The notes under the pieces are model-generated. The model did not search any database and was not told the DNA's origin. It saw only the letters and a program-made list of their open reading frames with translations. A program made the position numbers and the translations under genes. A stretch of DNA of 64,000 bases from an uncultured Patescibacteria group bacterium (lineage in GTDB: Bacteria > Patescibacteriota > Microgenomatia > UBA1400 > PJMF01): the NCBI GenBank assembly GCA_905478415.1, contig CAJQIG010000004.1, positions 139,523 through 203,522 of the forward strand, written 5' to 3'. Numbering within the stretch: the stretch's first letter is position 1; each line of letters opens with the position of its first letter. Positions 59,880 through 64,000 of this stretch are shown here, in pieces.

Positions 59880-61034
59880 TTAAACTGAACGAAAACGAAC
59901 AACTCCTCTTGTTACAACTCCACTGACCTGCCCCTTAGTTTTCTTTCGAAATGTTTTCAAAGAATGCTTCCAACCAGCTCGAACATCAGAAAAGTACTCT
60001 CTTAACCCTTTTGCCTCCGAACGACTAAACGTATGCAGACGTGTCACATGGACCGTAGTAACAATATAGTTTATAAGTTGCTGATCAATCTCTTTTGGCT
60101 GATTCAGAGCTATTGTTTTCTTGTATAACTTGACTAAACGATGAACTCCATAACTAGTACCATAACGTCGAACTGTTCTTCTTTGTAGATCCTTACCATT
60201 CGCAACACTATATTTTTCACGAATTTCTTTGACAATTTGAGCAACTGTAAATTTTTGACCTCGGAGTGTTCCATTAAAGTGGCATGACTCTAAGTGAGAA
60301 TACGTTTGAGGAGTCACCATCCCATCTCCACCCTTGAAATCTAGAATAAAAGGCACCCGACCACACATCATTGCCTCCATGACTCCGCGACCAAGACTAA
60401 AAACAATGTCTGCATCATTAATAATTTGAGGCAATTCTTCATTGGGCACACTTTCAAAACGAGCACCAACTTTCTTAAGTTTTATTCCTAATTTTTTACA
60501 TGCTTTTTCGATCCGACTTTCCGTCTGAGAATCAATTCTATTAGAAATAATCACCGCTTGTTTTGGGACATCGTTAATAGATTGAACACTAGAAAAAAGT
60601 TTTTCATCTATCAGATTATTCACCACGACTACATTTCTTTTAAGCACACCTTGTTTTTTTAGACTTGCTTTCACATACTCAGAAACAGCGCCATACAAAG
60701 AAATATTTACATCAATAAGTGGAACATGCTCTAAAAAGGCCACGCCACTGTGTGATAAAAAGAAAATGGGTACCTCAGGAAAAAGCTGCCGAACTTCTAG
60801 GGCTGTGATATTATGCTGCACATGAGCAACGTCAAAGTGTTTCTTCTTGACTTCATTAAGATCCATAACTAAGTGAATTTTTTCTAAAGCAAAGAGCGAT
60901 TCAAAGACATCAACATACCGAGAATACACCGTCACTCTATGACCAGCTTCACTCAGTCCCTTTGCTAACTGAAAGGTGTAGAGTTCACTGCCTGCAAAAT
61001 TGGCAAGTTGGTGAGTAGTAATAAGTATATTCAT
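59880..61034 (-). CDS. Glycosyltransferase family 4-like protein (start MNILIT)
   Basis: AGSELYT..LAKGL...GHRV; GRGVMEAMMCG. Confidence 0.8.
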   Translation of the reverse strand: MNILITTHQLANFAGSELYTFQLAKGLSEAGHRVTVYSRYVDVFESLFALEKIHLVMDLNEVKKKHFDVAHVQHNITALEVRQLFPEVPIFFLSHSGVAFLEHVPLIDVNISLYGAVSEYVKASLKKQGVLKRNVVVVNNLIDEKLFSSVQSINDVPKQAVIISNRIDSQTESRIEKACKKLGIKLKKVGARFESVPNEELPQIINDADIVFSLGRGVMEAMMCGRVPFILDFKGGDGMVTPQTYSHLESCHFNGTLRGQKFTVAQIVKEIREKYSVANGKDLQRRTVRRYGTSYGVHRLVKLYKKTIALNQPKEIDQQLINYIVTTVHVTRLHTFSRSEAKGLREYFSDVRAGWKHSLKTFRKKTKGQVSGVVTRGVVRFRSV

Positions 61035-61164
61035 AAGATTTATTAGGCTTATATTATATACTATTGTAACTAAAATTGCAAAAAAAACCACTTTCTTGAA
61101 TCTTTTTAAGATTACATCTATACTTACCCCATACACTAGTTACGCCAAGAAAGTACCCTTCTTC

Positions 61165-61419
61165 ATGCAAAAAATGTGCCAAAGTTGTGGAATGCCCCTC
61201 TCGAAAGATCCCAAGAATGGGGGAAGTGAAAAAGATGGTTCAAAATCTGAAAAATACTGTAGCTACTGCTATGTAAATGGAGTATTTGTAGATAACTGTA
61301 AAAATTCTCAAGAAATGCAAAAACTTTGTATCAAGATGATGACTAAAAATGGCATGCCTAAATGGGTAGCTTGGCTCTTCACTCGCAGCATTCCTGGGCT
61401 TGAACGTTGGAAACAATAG
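61165..61419 (+). CDS. Zinc ribbon domain protein
   Basis: CQSCGMPL...YCSYCY..G.F...L.RWK. Confidence 0.85.
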   Translation: MQKMCQSCGMPLSKDPKNGGSEKDGSKSEKYCSYCYVNGVFVDNCKNSQEMQKLCIKMMTKNGMPKWVAWLFTRSIPGLERWKQ

Positions 61420-61778
61420 CGGTGTCGGCATCAGAAAAAGCAACTCAAACAAGTATCCCCTGGTTTGTCTATATTCTTACGTGTAGTGATGGCTCACTGT
61501 ATACCGGTTCCACCAATAATGTAGAAAAAAGAGTTGCAACTCATCAGAGTGGGAAAGGTGCCAAATACACTCGGAGTCACTTACCAGTAACTTTAACCTA
61601 TGTAGAAAAGTGCCAGGATAGATCTGAAGCTGGACAAAGAGAAGCCATAATTAAAAAACTTTCGAGAAAAGAAAAAGTAAAACTTATACTTAACGACGAA
61701 GTACAGCAGCGACAAGTCCAGCAATTACCCCCACATCTGCAACAAACTGTAACACCAGTAACCAAGCATAGGCTTTGA
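61407..61778 (+). CDS. GIY-YIG nuclease (UPF0213/YhbQ-like)
   Basis: FVYILTCSDGSLYTG.T...R...H..GKGAKYTR. Confidence 0.88.
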   Translation: METIAVSASEKATQTSIPWFVYILTCSDGSLYTGSTNNVEKRVATHQSGKGAKYTRSHLPVTLTYVEKCQDRSEAGQREAIIKKLSRKEKVKLILNDEVQQRQVQQLPPHLQQTVTPVTKHRL

Positions 61779-62616
61779 CAGAAACATAGTTATGATTTTT
61801 CCAAACTGCCCAAAGGCTATAGAGTAACAGTAACCCTACAAGTAGCAGTCCTAGTTCTGAGTTTTTAAAATATATACTAGTAAAAAAAAGTGCACCAAAT
61901 AGAATATATCGTACAGCTACTAAAACCGCTTTTGGTCGAATTACTTGCCCCTTCACGTCGCCTTTTGACATACTCATCACCATCTTAAAGAAACTCTTCA
62001 GTGAGGATCGTGGCTGCCAAACTACGGTAGCCTCTTTGCAAAAAACTATTGCAACATTCGCTCGAATAAGTCGATGCGCAAACTCATAATCTTCGCTGAC
62101 TTCTAGTTGCTCATCAAAGTAGCCGACCGTTTTAAACACTGATTTTTTAAGCAGCATCGAGCGCGTGGCTGGTAAGAAGTTTAGTGGGTCAAGCTTATCG
62201 GGCATAACGAACACATAGGGCACGACCGCCTCTTCAAATGGTGTCTGCGGTTCAGCTCGGTAGTAACCAGAAACAACTTCTGCTCCTGTTCGAAGGAGTG
62301 TCTTTGTAAGTGTTTCCAACCAGTCTTTGTCTAAAATACATCCCGCATCAGTAATAGCAATGGTGCTGTGCTTAGCTTTTAAAATTGCAAAGTTCCTGCC
62401 CTCACTTCTGCCAGATGTATGTCGATACACTCGCAACTTTAAATGAGGAAACGTCCGATGAGCTGTTTTGAGAACTTCAAAAGTACCATCAGTCGAACCA
62501 CCGTCAACAATAATAACTTCATTTGGAAGGCGAGTTTGGATACTCATACTTTTAAGTAAAGGTAGAATAGTATTTTTTTCGTTTAAAACAGTACAAATGA
62601 GTGAAATGTTAGGCAT
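61690..62616 (-). CDS. Glycosyltransferase family 2
   Basis: VLNE, IVDGGSTDGT, GRN, TDAG, SEDYEF. Confidence 0.92.
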   Translation of the reverse strand: MPNISLICTVLNEKNTILPLLKSMSIQTRLPNEVIIVDGGSTDGTFEVLKTAHRTFPHLKLRVYRHTSGRSEGRNFAILKAKHSTIAITDAGCILDKDWLETLTKTLLRTGAEVVSGYYRAEPQTPFEEAVVPYVFVMPDKLDPLNFLPATRSMLLKKSVFKTVGYFDEQLEVSEDYEFAHRLIRANVAIVFCKEATVVWQPRSSLKSFFKMVMSMSKGDVKGQVIRPKAVLVAVRYILFGALFFTSIYFKNSELGLLLVGLLLLYSLWAVWKNHNYVSVKAYAWLLVLQFVADVGVIAGLVAAVLRR

Positions 62617-64000
62617 CGTATCCTTGTACTACTTTGCGTGAAAGCTGCCAAGCTTTTGCCTTCATCATTTCATCTAAGTATGCTGCTGCAACTTTGTCCA
62701 TTTGGTACTTCTCTGTATATTCTGCTAAAGCTGCAGTTCCAATTTTTTTTCTAAGCGAAGCACTTTTCAGAACTGAGAGAATGTTTTGAGCTAAGTCGGC
62801 GATATCTCCCGTACCTGCTAACAAACCTGTCTCACCAGCACTCAAAATTTCATTGGTAGGCGGACGATTAAAAGCGACAATTGGTTTAGCTAAAGCCATA
62901 GCTTCGATTGTCACTAATCCAAACCCTTCCAAAGACCATATTGAAGGGAACACAACCACTTGGGCCTTTTCTAAATGTGAACGAACATTCTTAACTCGAC
63001 CTAAAAAATTGACATATTTTTCGAGTTTTAATTCGTGCACCAAAGCAGTTAACTCTGACAAAAAATCACCTTCACCAATAATGTTAAGTTGTACCTTTGG
63101 GACCTTTTTTATAATTTCTGGCAAGGCGCGAATCAGCAAATCTTGCCCCTTTCCCGGTTCTAATCTCGATACACAAGTAACCACCGGTTTTACTACATCC
63201 ACAAATTTTGCCACTTTCTTTTGTTGACTTCCACACGGAACAATAGCTGTCTTGGCTAATGAAACTCTGGCACTTTGTAACACATCTTCGCGCGTATGCT
63301 TTGAAGGAACAATAACTCTGTCTACCCATTGTTTTGCTATGCGATAGAGCACTTTAGGAAGTCGAAAATGCTTTGTAAACAAGGGGCTCAACGGTCCAAA
63401 CTCGATCCAAACAACCGGCAACCCAAATACCTTTGCCCAAAAGCTAGCTAAGATTTTTTCTGGAAAGCCACTCATCACCACTACATCAGCATCTCTTTCT
63501 TTAAAAACGATCCAACCATAGTACACCCAAGCAAACGGAAACAAAAAGAAGGCTTTGATGAGTCCTTTGTAATTACCAATAACATCAATCACTAGGGGAA
63601 TAGATGAGGTGGTAACTCCAACTTTTTCAAGCATCCGTGAGAAAGCAACGTTTGTTGTATATGCATGCGTCGAGATATCTTTTTCTTGAAGTTTTGAGAA
63701 TAAGTCTCGATCGAATGTTTCTGCTCCACCAAGGCTGAGTGCCTGATTTAAAAAGAGAATCTTGTTGATAGTTTCTTTGACGGGCAGTTTATAAAACTCG
63801 GCTTCAAAATTTGTTTCAACCGTTCGGATCTTTCTCAACCCCAACCCCTGAAAAAGCAACTCTGCCACCAATCGTTGGCGAGTAAAGCCAATTTTATGTG
63901 CTCCAAATACGCCCGTGTCTGTTCGATGGGCAGTGCTGCCATAGAGAAATATATTTCTGACTTCTTTGTCTTCAGAAAAATTTTCAATAATAGCATCGAT
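62609..64000 (-). CDS. Glycosyltransferase family 4 with extra N-terminal domain; 5' end lies outside the window
   Basis: GGAE, SRLEPGKG, EGFGLVTIEAMA; the frame stays open from 63871 to the window edge (IDAIIENF...GAHKIGFTRQRL). Confidence 0.85.
   Translation of the reverse strand: MDAIIENFSEDKEVRNIFLYGSTAHRTDTGVFGAHKIGFTRQRLVAELLFQGLGLRKIRTVETNFEAEFYKLPVKETINKILFLNQALSLGGAETFDRDLFSKLQEKDISTHAYTTNVAFSRMLEKVGVTTSSIPLVIDVIGNYKGLIKAFFLFPFAWVYYGWIVFKERDADVVVMSGFPEKILASFWAKVFGLPVVWIEFGPLSPLFTKHFRLPKVLYRIAKQWVDRVIVPSKHTREDVLQSARVSLAKTAIVPCGSQQKKVAKFVDVVKPVVTCVSRLEPGKGQDLLIRALPEIIKKVPKVQLNIIGEGDFLSELTALVHELKLEKYVNFLGRVKNVRSHLEKAQVVVFPSIWSLEGFGLVTIEAMALAKPIVAFNRPPTNEILSAGETGLLAGTGDIADLAQNILSVLKSASLRKKIGTAALAEYTEKYQMDKVAAAYLDEMMKAKAWQLSRKVVQGYDA

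Overview
The window is gene-dense bacterial DNA using the standard genetic code. Its gene content and many apparently leaderless genes suggest a CPR/Patescibacteria (Microgenomates-like) chromosome, which is an inference. The backbone includes enolase, RecQ, Maf, DipZ with a thioredoxin, an ECF sigma module, a MacB-type ABC system next to a 2376-aa Kelch/FN3 surface protein, and glycosyltransferases. Six tRNA genes are present: five tRNA-Ser (ACT, GGA, GCT, TGA, CGA) and tRNA-Arg(GCG). The main finding concerns the 3' ends of four of the tRNA-Ser genes. Each is followed by a tandem array of small AT-rich cassettes (41 bp to 5.4 kb), and each cassette is closed by a related ~30-bp att-like half-site fused at the tRNA's ...CCGC end. 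One cassette (15801-21218) is autonomous: it carries a large serine recombinase whose reading frame runs through the att site, a rolling-circle HUH Rep with candidate dso and sso, and a RloC-like cargo gene. Its distal half-site recurs as an identical 34-mer at the end of a recombinase-less HEPN cassette at a different tRNA-Ser about 42 kb away. The arrangement looks like a serine-recombinase-driven, tRNA-anchored, integron-like cassette system that also carries a ~170-bp structured non-coding mini-cassette. All protein calls rest on motif recognition by eye, and no database searches were run.
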